Shown piece after piece: positions 1 to 9,373 of a stretch of 20,000 bases of DNA; the first letter of the stretch is position 1, and each line of letters begins with the position of its first letter. The translations under genes and the position numbers were made by a program. This stretch comes from Proteromonas lacertae (taxonomy: Eukaryota). Location: NCBI GenBank assembly GCA_002245135.1, contig NGBS01000042.1:49634-69633 (forward strand), read 5' to 3'. The notes beneath the pieces were generated by a model. It searched no databases. It had not been told where the DNA came from and saw nothing but the letters and a program-made list of their open reading frames with translations.

Positions 1-1947
1 GGAAGACAAAGAGCACCATTCATTGCAGCTGGTAGTTATGATTCTACTGTTCATATATATTCAATACAAAACAATAATAATGGTAGTACTAGTGGTGGTG
101 GTGGTGATGATATATTACAAGAATCTGCTATTCAAGCAGTTTCTAATGGTGAAAGTGGTACTTTAATTCACAGTGTCTGTATTAATTTGATGAATTTAAC
201 AGAAGGAATACCATCGATGTTCCTGAATATAGGTTTAGATAATGGATTTTATGAAAGGAATGAAATAGATATGTTAACAGGTAAACTATCAGATAAAAGG
301 ACAAGATTAGTTGGTACAAAGCCAGTAACTGTATTACCATTAACAGTAGATGATCAATCAACAGTAATTGCATTATCTTCTAAACCTTGGTTATCTTATA
401 CACTCAATTATAATTATAGAATGGCTCCAATATCTTATACAAAGTTAGATTATTGTTATAATTTCCACTCTGAACATTGTCCTGATGGTATAGTTGCAAT
501 TAGTGATGAAACTTTGAGAATATTTACGATTAATCGAATAGATGATGACTTTAATCAAACTATAATACCACTTACATTCACACCAAGAAAACTATTGGTT
601 AATCCACAAACAAATAATTTAATTATTTTACAAACTGAACCAAATTCATATTCATATAAACAAGTAATTGAAAGTTTTGGTGATAAAGGCAATGCTTTAT
701 TAGATGAAGATAGTTATGGTAAAGGAAATACATTTAAAAGCATAATGGGAGTTCCTAGACCTAATACAGTTAATCCAATATATAAATATCAACCAATTGG
801 AAGTAATACAACTAATACAGTAAAGACAGAAGTACAGCAAGTACAAGTACAACAAGAAGAAGATGGATTTGATCATTGGGGAAGTTGTATACAAATGATT
901 GACCCTAAAACATTATCAACTTTAGATATTTTCCCATTTGAAAATGATGAAGCTGCTTTAAGTGCTTGTTTAGTTGAATTTCATGATAGAAATGGTGAAA
1001 TTGTTTTGGTAGTTGGAACTTCTATAAAATACAGATTATTCCCTAAGAAAATAGAAGGTGGAAAATTATATGTATTTAGAATCCTATCACATACTAAATT
1101 CCAATTATTACATATAACAGAAGTTGAAGGTTTACCTTCCGCAATGTGTCAATTTCAAGGACGTTTACTCGTCGGTATTGAAAAGACACTGAGAATATAT
1201 GATTTAGGTAAAAGAAAATTACTTCGTAAATGTGAAAATAGAAGTTTCCCACATCATATAACTACCATTCATACAATGGGTGATAGAATATATGTAGGTG
1301 ATGCAAATGATGGATTTCAATATGTTAAATTCAGAAAAACACATAATCAACTAGTTATCTATGCAGATGATGTATTACCAAGGTTTACAACATGTGCTGA
1401 AATATTAGATTATAACACAATGGTAGGTTGTGACAAGTTTGGTAATATATATGGTAGCAGAGTATCTGGTGATGTACAGGATGATATAGACAATCCAACT
1501 GGAACAAAAATATTTTGGGATAATACCAGTTATCTAAATTCTGCTCCTAATAAATTAGATTTAGTATTTCATTTTTATACAGGAGAAACTGTAACATCTA
1601 TTAATAAAGGAAGTTTAGTTCCTGGAAGACCAAAAGATGAATGTTTAATCTATTCAACTATCTTAGGATCAATTGCTGCATTAAAACCATTAACAACTAT
1701 ACACGATCAAGATTTCTTTTTACATTTGGAAATGTTTATAAGACAATATGATCCTTCATTAGTTGGTAGAGAACAATTACATTTTAGATCGACATTTGTT
1801 CCTGTTAAAGATGTGATTGATGGTGATTTGTGTGAGTTATATCCATTATTAAAACCTGAGATTCAAAGAAAGATTGCTAGTGAATTACAAAGATCTGTTG
1901 GTGAAGTTATTAAGAAATTAGAAGATGTAAGAAATCAAATGATTTAG
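1..1947 (+). CDS. SF3B3: Splicing factor 3B subunit 3 (SF3b130/Rse1), C-terminal part; 5' end lies outside the window
   Basis: Frame 1 is open from base 1 (GRQRAPFIAAGSYDSTVHI...) to TAG at 1945-1947. SF3B3 motifs: FLNIGLDNG, TGKLSDKRTR, ALSSKPWLSY, PLTFTPRK, LRIYDLGKRKLLRKCEN, YADDVLPRF, GREQLHFRSTFVPVKDVIDGDLCE, EVIKKLEDVR. No introns needed. Confidence 0.96.
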   Translation, partial: GRQRAPFIAAGSYDSTVHIYSIQNNNNGSTSGGGGDDILQESAIQAVSNGESGTLIHSVCINLMNLTEGIPSMFLNIGLDNGFYERNEIDMLTGKLSDKRTRLVGTKPVTVLPLTVDDQSTVIALSSKPWLSYTLNYNYRMAPISYTKLDYCYNFHSEHCPDGIVAISDETLRIFTINRIDDDFNQTIIPLTFTPRKLLVNPQTNNLIILQTEPNSYSYKQVIESFGDKGNALLDEDSYGKGNTFKSIMGVPRPNTVNPIYKYQPIGSNTTNTVKTEVQQVQVQQEEDGFDHWGSCIQMIDPKTLSTLDIFPFENDEAALSACLVEFHDRNGEIVLVVGTSIKYRLFPKKIEGGKLYVFRILSHTKFQLLHITEVEGLPSAMCQFQGRLLVGIEKTLRIYDLGKRKLLRKCENRSFPHHITTIHTMGDRIYVGDANDGFQYVKFRKTHNQLVIYADDVLPRFTTCAEILDYNTMVGCDKFGNIYGSRVSGDVQDDIDNPTGTKIFWDNTSYLNSAPNKLDLVFHFYTGETVTSINKGSLVPGRPKDECLIYSTILGSIAALKPLTTIHDQDFFLHLEMFIRQYDPSLVGREQLHFRSTFVPVKDVIDGDLCELYPLLKPEIQRKIASELQRSVGEVIKKLEDVRNQMI

Positions 1948-2366
1948 AAAAATAAATATAATTAAATATTATTATTCAAAATTGTTTTCTTTTTTTGTAT
2001 ATTTCTTTTGTTGTATATTGTTTAACAAACACAAATATTACATTTTTCAATTGAAAAGAAATACTATCAATTTATACCTCATATTTGTGATTTAGCCATG
2101 CAGATAATGAATTCATCTATCCTTATCAATAATCACTTCTACAGTAAGAATAAACAACAATTATTAATTCAAGCTTTTTACACTGTTTGATATTTACTTT
2201 TAACTCAGATCTGATCGAGTCTCATTTTCTTCTTTTTTGAAAAATGCAATTTTCTGTTGTGTATTTCAATGGTATATGTATTGGATTAGTTATTCAGAAT
2301 GATTATCTAAGTATATTTCATGTATATTTAAAATTTCAATAATTATCACAACAAAATAAAAATAAC

Positions 2367-3366
2367 TTATAGTAAATTACACCACTTATGTTTCTTTTTA
2401 TCTTTCTTGGTTGGATCTTGAGTAATTTTGAAAGTTTTATTATTCTTCTTGTTAGACTGTGAAGCTGCACTATCCACTGGAGGTTCATCTGGTACATTAT
2501 TCATATCTTCCTCTACATCTTCTATGATTGTTTCAATAACAGTCTCTTCAGCTTTGGGAGTTGGTGAATTAACAGGCTTGGGAGCTTGTCTTAATTCTGG
2601 AGCTTGGTCTGGATGGATATCTTTAATTTGCTGTGGGTCAAATACTGTATTTTCATTCTTAGGGACATCTCCTTTAATTGCTCTTAATGCAACATATTTC
2701 ATAACTATACATTATTATTACCAATATATATGGATAGATACTTTCATCAATATTAAAATTATCTTTTACTGATGCTCTATACAACTTTAAATGCAATTCT
2801 GAAGCTAAATTCTCTGCTTCTTCTCTATATATATATATTAAACAAATATATTATACGGTGACATAGTTGCTTGAGCTATTAAATCTGTTTTATTTTGAAC
2901 TAAAACCATTGGAATTGAAACCACATTCTGCTTCTACTTTTGCTTTCCATTTTTTAATTTGATCGAACGATTCACGGTTTGTTGTTGAAAAAACTAGAAT
3001 AGCAGCTGATGCTCCTTTGTAATATCTACTTGTTAATGCATCGAATTCTTCTTGTCCTGCTGTATCCCAAAGCATCATGATTACTTCTTGGTCTGTTTCA
3101 TCTAGATATATATGCTTTTCCATAAAATCAACACCTTAAACATTATATAATATGAATATACCTATAGTCTTTTTATATTCTCCTGTGAAACATCCCTTTG
3201 CATATCTTGTCAACATACTAGTTTTACCAACACCTCCATTTCCTACAGCAATTATTTTTAGTGTAACTATATATAAAACATTAGAATTATGTAATAAATT
3301 TATATTTTTGAAAAGCAAATAACAATTTATAAAATATTGTATACTTTCAAAATCGTCTTCTTCCAT
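2367..3366 (-). CDS. RAB23: Rab23 small GTPase; 5 exons (3366-3345, 3266-3162, 3134-2857, 2824-2742, 2704-2367) with one apparent +1 indel at 2918-2920
   Basis: Spliced product MEEDDFEITLKIIAVGNGGVGKTSMLTRYAKGCFTGEYKKTIGVDFMEK...LWDTAGQEEFDALTSRYYKGASAAILVFSTTNRESF...IPMVLVQNKTDL...YRASVKDNFNIDEI...KKKHKWCNLL has Rab23-diagnostic VGNG, KKTIGVDF, GQEEFDA, VFSTT and LVQNK. GT-AG introns: 3267-3344 (78 nt), 3135-3161 (27), 2825-2856 (32), 2705-2741 (37). Confidence 0.92.
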
Positions 3367-3612
3367 CTTTAACACAAAAAATTTAAATCAACTGAAACAG
3401 GTTTGATAAAAAGCTTGAAAATCTTAAATTTGATTTTGTTTTTTTGTTGTATATATTACATTTTTTACTGAAATATTGTGTGTCACATTTTATTCTCGCT
3501 TTCAATAATAGGAAGAAAGGTATAATTTGGTAATATAAAGAAAATCGTAATAATCCTTCAATATACAATATCTATCTTATTAATCATTTACAAAACAGAA
3601 TATTATCAAAAT

Positions 3613-3620
3613 AACAAACA
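3613..3620 (-). terminator. TGTTTGTT Blastocystis-type polyadenylation signal immediately after the hydrolase stop codon
   Basis: Minus strand reads GTG TAA TTAA TGTTTGTT, an exact match to the Blastocystis motif known to lie ~5 nt downstream of the cleavage site. Confidence 0.6.
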
Positions 3621-3624
3621 TTAA

Positions 3625-4353
3625 TTACACAATCATATTATTTTCTTTTTCATATCCAATTGAAGTAAAATTGTTATGACCTGGATATACTCTAACATCA
3701 TTTGACAATTTAAACAACTTATTCTTTATACTCTTCCTTATTTCATCACTATTACCTCCTGGTAAATCAGTTCTTCCTACACTTCTTCTAAACAGAGTAT
3801 CACCTGAAAAAAAGTGCATTTGTATCTTTCAATAAATAACACACAGATCCTGCAGTATGACCAGGTGTATGAATTACATCTACCTTAATACTACCAAAAT
3901 TAACCTCATCTTTATCATTTATTGGATTAACATTCGATAATGGTTTAGCTTTAGGCATTCCCATTAAACTAATACATGTAGTGTCTTTATACCATGGAGT
4001 ATCTAAAGGATGTCCATAAATTGGTATTTTTAATTTGTCATGTAATTCTTCAGCTGCTCCTGTGTGATCTAAATGTCCGTGTGTCAAATATATTGCCTCT
4101 ACATAATATTATTAAGTAAATTTTATCATTTTTAGAAAAAAGATATTTTAACACCATTCTTTGATATCATTGATAGTATTTTATCTACATCATAACCTGT
4201 ATCTAGTAATACACCACACATTGTGTCTGTTGTCCAAACTAAATAACAATGTGCTTGCACTGGACCAACAGTAATAAAATCAACTTTCACATTGGTTTGA
4301 AGGATAAAAGAAACATATTATATATGAATAACAAAAAGATATTGACAAACCAT
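3625..4353 (-). CDS. Metallo-beta-lactamase-fold hydrolase, YcbL/GloC (glyoxalase II-like) family, ~211 aa; exons 4353-4343, 4294-4147, 4102-3625, with one apparent +1 indel in the A7 run at 3807-3813
   Basis: Reconstruction: [24 protein letters not shown]...LLDTGYD...[19 protein letters not shown]...[13 protein letters not shown]...[20 protein letters not shown]...[21 protein letters not shown]. The HxHx[20 protein letters not shown] and PGH motifs are all intact. Confidence 0.9.
4103..4146 (-). other. U12-type (minor) intron, 44 nt, AT-AT termini, phase 0
   Basis: Sequence ATATCTTTTTTCTAAAAATGATAAAATTTACTTAATAATATTAT. 5' end resembles U12 RTATCCTT; branch-like TTTACTTAAT (4120-4111) ends 8 nt before the 3' end. 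Removal joins GGT GTT AAA|GTA GAG GCA = [13 protein letters not shown], the family consensus. Confidence 0.75.
4295..4342 (-). other. U12-type (minor) intron, 48 nt, AT-AC termini, phase 2
   Basis: Sequence ATATCTTTTTGTTATTCATATATAATATGTTTCTTTTATCCTTCAAAC. Same 10-nt donor as the downstream intron. Removal joins ATG GTT TGT CA|C AAT GTG AAA and supplies a start codon; without it the frame has a TAA upstream and no ATG before the conserved VGP..CYLV motif. Confidence 0.75.
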
Positions 4354-4587
4354 TCAACAATTTTACTTCTATTTCTTCATTAATTGATGGTAGAATAGTC
4401 TACATTATATAATAACAGTTAAATATTGTATATATACAGACATATGTGGAATAAAATGATAATGTAATATCTGTAATTTGACACTACTTTGACATTTTAT
4501 TTTTAAAACATTCATGCATATATTTTTTAATATTATATTATTTTCTTTATTGTGGGATATGTGAAAAATAAATGCTGTGGTTAATAA
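4300..4587 (+). repeat. Direct repeat copy A (~290 bp): hydrolase upstream region, exon 1 and most of intron 1
   Basis: 4300-4427 is identical to 9374-9501 (128 nt). Similarity continues with scattered mismatches and small indels to about 4587/9663. Confidence 0.95.
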
Positions 4588-4773
4588 CTCAATAAACACA
4601 AAATAAAGAATAACATATTTTAATAAAAATATATTCGTTTCAATTTTTCATTTTTCTTAAATACAATGCAGTTCTTATTCTTTTTTCAATAATATAAACA
4701 AAATTTTATTAATAATAGTAAATATAATAATAATTAATATAATAAAGAATGAATATTATATTATTCATCTAAT

Positions 4774-7700
4774 TTAAGCTGGTAATAACATTTGTCTTGT
4801 TGCTAATTGTCGATATAATCCACCTTCAATTTCCATTAATTGTTCATGCTTTCCTGCTTCAACTACTCTTCCATGATCCATTACAAATATCATATCAGCA
4901 TTTTGAATTGTACTTAATCTATGAGCAACTATTATACTTGTTCTGTCACTACTTTCTAATAATTTATCAATTGCTTCTTGAACAACAGCTTCACTTTCGG
5001 TATCTAAAGCACTAGTAGCTTCATCTAATAATAATATCTTTGGATTTCTTAAAATAGCTCTGGCAATGGCAATTCTTTGCTTTTGTCCTCCACTTAATGA
5101 TCCACCTTTATTACCAACATCAGTATTGTAATTATCTGGAAATTCCATTATGAAATTATGAGCATTTGCTGCTTTTGCTGCTGCTACTACATCCTCATGA
5201 GTTATTTTATCATTTCCATAATCTCCCATCTTTATATTATCTTCAATTGTTCCACTGAATAAAACTGGTTCTTGACCAACTAAACCAAATTGTTTTCTCA
5301 AATACTTTATATTAATTGATCGAAGATCATGACCATCTAATAACACTTCACCAGCATCAGCATTATAGAATCTTTGTAATAAACCAATTATTGTTGATTT
5401 ACCACAACCACTTGAACCAACTAAAGCTACTTTCTGACCTCTTTGAATTTTCAAATTCAATTTTCTTAAGATTGGAACATCTAATCTGGTTGGATATCTG
5501 AATTTCACATCTCTGAATTCTACTTCACCTAAGATTTCGGGTGTTTCACCATCAGGACGAGTATAATCAATTGGTGGAACTCTATCTAATAATCCAAATA
5601 CACTCTCAGCTGCTTGATTAATCTTTACATTATCAGTTGCTCTTCCAGCTGTTTGACCTACACTTTGAGCTGTTACCATTACAGACATTAACACTTTCAT
5701 TAAATCAGAACTGTCACATTTACCTTCGATTGCCCATATTCCACCTACTCTCATTGCTAAAGCTGAAGCTCCCATTGATATTATTGTATTATAGAATTGT
5801 AATAAAGCAGTACACCAAGCATCTTTCTTACCCATTTCATATGGTTTCATTTGTTTCTTTCCAAACATCACTGAGAATTTCTCTTGTAATCCAAAAGCAT
5901 GAAGTGTTCTAATTCCATTTACTGCTTCTGATGCTAAAGCTCCTGCTTCTTCCATTGGCTTTCTCATTTCTTTGATTAGTTTTTGCATTGCTCTTCCTTG
6001 TAAATATGTTCCTAATACTAAGAATGGGAATGCAGCTAAAATAACAAATGTTAATAACCAATAAGAAGCAAATGCAATTATTAAACCAACAAGACATGTA
6101 AATACAGTTTGAACAGTAGTAGCTAAGTTTTCACCTAAAGCAGCTTTTATATTTTGAGCATCTTGAGATAATTTGGATGTCATTGCTCCAGTACTGTTAT
6201 TTTCATCATCATAAAAACCAACATCTTGTTTTAACATTGCTGTAAAACACATTTGTCTAATTCTACAAGTTAAGCTTTCACCCATTGCACCAAATGTTAA
6301 AGAACGAATAAATGTAAGAATGAATAAAACAACTGCAAATGCTACTAAAATACCAGCCCACATAGCTGTTCCATTTCTCATATCAATTGTTCTTCTTTCA
6401 TAATAAACATTTAACATTTCTGAGAATAATATGCCAAATACTGGCATTACAGCACCAGAAACTGCACCACAGATTGTACCAACAACTGTAAGACATGTTT
6501 CTGGTTTAGCTAAAGCCCATAATCTTGATTTTGGTACAACTGGTTTTTCTACTTTAGCACCAGTTGCTGGATCTACTATATTGGATGTTAATATACTATC
6601 TCTCATTGAAGATAATTTAGCTACATAAACTGCATCTTCTTCATCTTCATCCACATCTTCATCACCTTCTTTCTTTTTGTTTAACATTTGACGATTTCTT
6701 AATTCAGCATATATTCCATTCTTGGCTATTAATTCTGAATGAGTTCCATGTTCAGCTATCTTACCTTCATTAAACACTACAATTTCATCAGCAGTTTCAA
6801 TTGTAGATAATCTATGAGCAATTATCAGAGTTGTCCTAGCTCTTTGTTTTACTAATTCATCTAAAGCAGCTTGAACTATCTTTTCACTTTCACTATCTAA
6901 AGCACTTGTTGCTTCATCTAATAATAAGATTCCGGGATTTCTAACTAAAGCTCTAGCAATTGCTATTCTTTGTTTTTGACCACCACTCAATGAATGACCA
7001 CCTTCACCTACAAATGTATCATATCCTTCAGGAAATTCCATTATGAAATTATGAGCATTTGAATCTTTGGCAGCTTTTATTATATCTTCATCAGTAGCAT
7101 CTAATCTTCCATTTCGAATATTGTCTTTTACAGTTCCATTAAATAAAACTGGTTCTTGACCTACAAAACCCATTTGATTTCTTAAACTAGCTAAATTCAA
7201 ATCACGAATATTCATTCCATCAACAAATACTTCACCTTCTTCTGGATCATAGAATCTTTGTAACATTTGAATTGTTGTTGATTTACCACATCCACTTGCA
7301 CCAACTAAACCAACTGTTTTACCAGCTTCTATTGTTAAATTCATTCCATTTAAAATCACTTGATCTGGTCTACTTGGATATCTGAATTTGATATTTTTAA
7401 ATTCAATTTTACCTTCTAAATGTTCTATTTTCTTACCTTTATCATTCATTCCATCAATTGGAGGAATTCTATCAATTGTTGCATATACTTCAGCACCAGA
7501 ACCACAAGCTTGTCCAATAGCAACTATAGATGGTCCTAACATAGTTAAACCCATTGTTCCCATTAATACAGACATAAACACAGTCATAACACTTCCACCA
7601 GTAAAACAGCCATGTTCACCCAGCATACATTCACTAGCATATTGACAAGGCTTAAATCCATTTTCACCACATGTTTTTCCAGCAAAATTAAATTCATGTT

Positions 7701-9048
7701 CACCTACTTTTTGAGGATCACAGAAATCCATCATTGATTTATGTTCTATCTGCTTAAACCACTCCATTTCTGGTTCACCTTTACATTGTTCCATTATATA
7801 ATCTCTTGCATCATCTTGATCATCACCAACTAATTTGCCACCATACCATAAACCTAATGCAAATGTTAAATACATTACCATCATAAATATTCCAATAACT
7901 GCACCTGTTATTTTCGATGTTTTAATACCAACATCTCTTGCTCTTTCAACTGCATTTTTAAATCTTTGAATGAAATAATCTTCAATACCAAATGAAGAAA
8001 CTGTTCTGATTGAACCAATCGCTTCTTCAGCAATACCACCTGATTCAGCAAAGATATCTTGAGCTTGTAATATGAATTTTCTAAACATAATACCAAAACC
8101 ACTTCCAACAATACATAATGGAATTCCTAAAGCTAAAATGACTAAAGTCATTGACCAATCTTTTGTAAAACCAATTGCATAACCAGCAATAAACTGAGCT
8201 ATGGATTGTAGTGTCATTCCTATATCTTTACCCATTCCAGAATTCATTATAATCGTATCATCAACAATACGAGTGGATAATGTCTTTGGATCATGATGAT
8301 CAAACCAAGTAACATCTTGACGAATTATACCTCTGAAATACAAATATCTTATTCTAGCAATTTGTCTTTCAGCTGATAATTTCCATGCCCACATATAGAA
8401 GAAACTTGCAACACCCATTCCACAAGCAATTGCAAACATATATAGACTATTAGTTATAATACCATCTTTACTATCTTGTATTATCTTTGCTGCATCTTCA
8501 TCTGGTACTGTATCTGAGTTTGTTTCACCTTGATAACTGGATTGTCCCATCAAATCACCAAATATTAACATAGAACATGGTGTTCCAACACCAGCTGCAA
8601 GTGAAAATATAATTCCAATAAATTGTAACAATCTATCAATCTTATCTGAATATTTCAGTAATTGTCTTAGTGATAAACTCTTTTTCTTTGGTTCTGAATA
8701 AGTGTCAGGAGGTGGAGCATCTGCATCTTTTTTGGGTTTTACTTCAATAACAACAGGCGTTTTCTTTTCTGACTCAACCTTTTCAACAGATTTTACCTCA
8801 CTTTCATTTTTAGCATCATCTGGATTTGAATTTTCATTACCTGGAGTTGTTTGTTGTTTATCTTCATGTTTATATTCAGGAGTATCTTTCATTTCTTCAG
8901 TAGCTGGCTCTGTTTCTTGTTGTTCAGAGGAAGTAATCTTCTCAACATCATTGGAAGTTGTATTATTCTCAGGTTCTGTGGTGTTTAATGTTTTGTTTTC
9001 ACCTTTGGATGAAAGTAAAACATCATCTTCTTTAGTATCTTCAGACAT
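4774..9048 (-). CDS. Full-length ABCB (P-glycoprotein/MDR1-like) transporter, TMD-NBD-TMD-NBD, 1424 aa, intronless
   Basis: Uninterrupted ORF with two Walker A motifs (GASGCGKST, GSSGCGKST), two LSGGQKQRIAIARA signatures, two LLLDEATSALD Walker B/D-loops, AHRLSTI H-loops and two hydrophobic TM blocks. Acidic low-complexity N-terminal extension of about 120 aa. Confidence 0.97.
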   Translation of the reverse strand: MSEDTKEDDVLLSSKGENKTLNTTEPENNTTSNDVEKITSSEQQETEPATEEMKDTPEYKHEDKQQTTPGNENSNPDDAKNESEVKSVEKVESEKKTPVVIEVKPKKDADAPPPDTYSEPKKKSLSLRQLLKYSDKIDRLLQFIGIIFSLAAGVGTPCSMLIFGDLMGQSSYQGETNSDTVPDEDAAKIIQDSKDGIITNSLYMFAIACGMGVASFFYMWAWKLSAERQIARIRYLYFRGIIRQDVTWFDHHDPKTLSTRIVDDTIIMNSGMGKDIGMTLQSIAQFIAGYAIGFTKDWSMTLVILALGIPLCIVGSGFGIMFRKFILQAQDIFAESGGIAEEAIGSIRTVSSFGIEDYFIQRFKNAVERARDVGIKTSKITGAVIGIFMMVMYLTFALGLWYGGKLVGDDQDDARDYIMEQCKGEPEMEWFKQIEHKSMMDFCDPQKVGEHEFNFAGKTCGENGFKPCQYASECMLGEHGCFTGGSVMTVFMSVLMGTMGLTMLGPSIVAIGQACGSGAEVYATIDRIPPIDGMNDKGKKIEHLEGKIEFKNIKFRYPSRPDQVILNGMNLTIEAGKTVGLVGASGCGKSTTIQMLQRFYDPEEGEVFVDGMNIRDLNLASLRNQMGFVGQEPVLFNGTVKDNIRNGRLDATDEDIIKAAKDSNAHNFIMEFPEGYDTFVGEGGHSLSGGQKQRIAIARALVRNPGILLLDEATSALDSESEKIVQAALDELVKQRARTTLIIAHRLSTIETADEIVVFNEGKIAEHGTHSELIAKNGIYAELRNRQMLNKKKEGDEDVDEDEEDAVYVAKLSSMRDSILTSNIVDPATGAKVEKPVVPKSRLWALAKPETCLTVVGTICGAVSGAVMPVFGILFSEMLNVYYERRTIDMRNGTAMWAGILVAFAVVLFILTFIRSLTFGAMGESLTCRIRQMCFTAMLKQDVGFYDDENNSTGAMTSKLSQDAQNIKAALGENLATTVQTVFTCLVGLIIAFASYWLLTFVILAAFPFLVLGTYLQGRAMQKLIKEMRKPMEEAGALASEAVNGIRTLHAFGLQEKFSVMFGKKQMKPYEMGKKDAWCTALLQFYNTIISMGASALAMRVGGIWAIEGKCDSSDLMKVLMSVMVTAQSVGQTAGRATDNVKINQAAESVFGLLDRVPPIDYTRPDGETPEILGEVEFRDVKFRYPTRLDVPILRKLNLKIQRGQKVALVGSSGCGKSTIIGLLQRFYNADAGEVLLDGHDLRSINIKYLRKQFGLVGQEPVLFSGTIEDNIKMGDYGNDKITHEDVVAAAKAANAHNFIMEFPDNYNTDVGNKGGSLSGGQKQRIAIARAILRNPKILLLDEATSALDTESEAVVQEAIDKLLESSDRTSIIVAHRLSTIQNADMIFVMDHGRVVEAGKHEQLMEIEGGLYRQLATRQMLLPA

Positions 9049-9209
9049 TTGAATAAGTAAATGTTGTTAAGTGTTTAATTCAGTGTTTAATAAATTGTCC
9101 AATCACAATTCATGGGGTACGAGAAATTGACAACCAACATTTCAATTTTTGATAAAAAATACAACCCACCAATTTTAAAATACTGGCTATTTTTTTTATA
9201 ATTGAAAAA

Positions 9210-9335
9210 CTAAACTGTGGTAATATCTTTTTCTTTCATTTTATCAACACTTGTGAATTGTATTATTTTCATACCATTTTTATATTGTTTCACAAGATCT
9301 ATTTCATTTTCACTCTTTTCTATTCTCTCTTTTAT
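9210..9335 (-). pseudogene. Remnant of a paralogue of exon 2 of the pseudokinase-LRR gene, in inverted orientation
   Basis: After an acceptor-like ...ttgatatag it reads IKERIEKSENEIDLVKQYKNGMKIIQFTSVDKMKEKDITTV*. This aligns without gaps to TIERSEKSVNEVDLKIQHEKCAKILKIINICGIKGKEILKI starting at 9901 (15/41 identical by hand), with the acceptor at the same position and phase. Confidence 0.7.
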
Positions 9336-9373
9336 CTATATCAATAAATATTCTAATAATTCAGATTGACTTT

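Noticed and set aside
2024..2340. Small gene or ncRNA between SF3B3 and Rab23 (minus-strand TGTTTGTT at 2024-2031, short palindromes, U5-loop-like GCTTTTTAC)
   Set aside because: No coherent ORF, Sm site or convincing snRNA/snoRNA structure. The motif may be a distal Rab23 poly(A) signal or chance.
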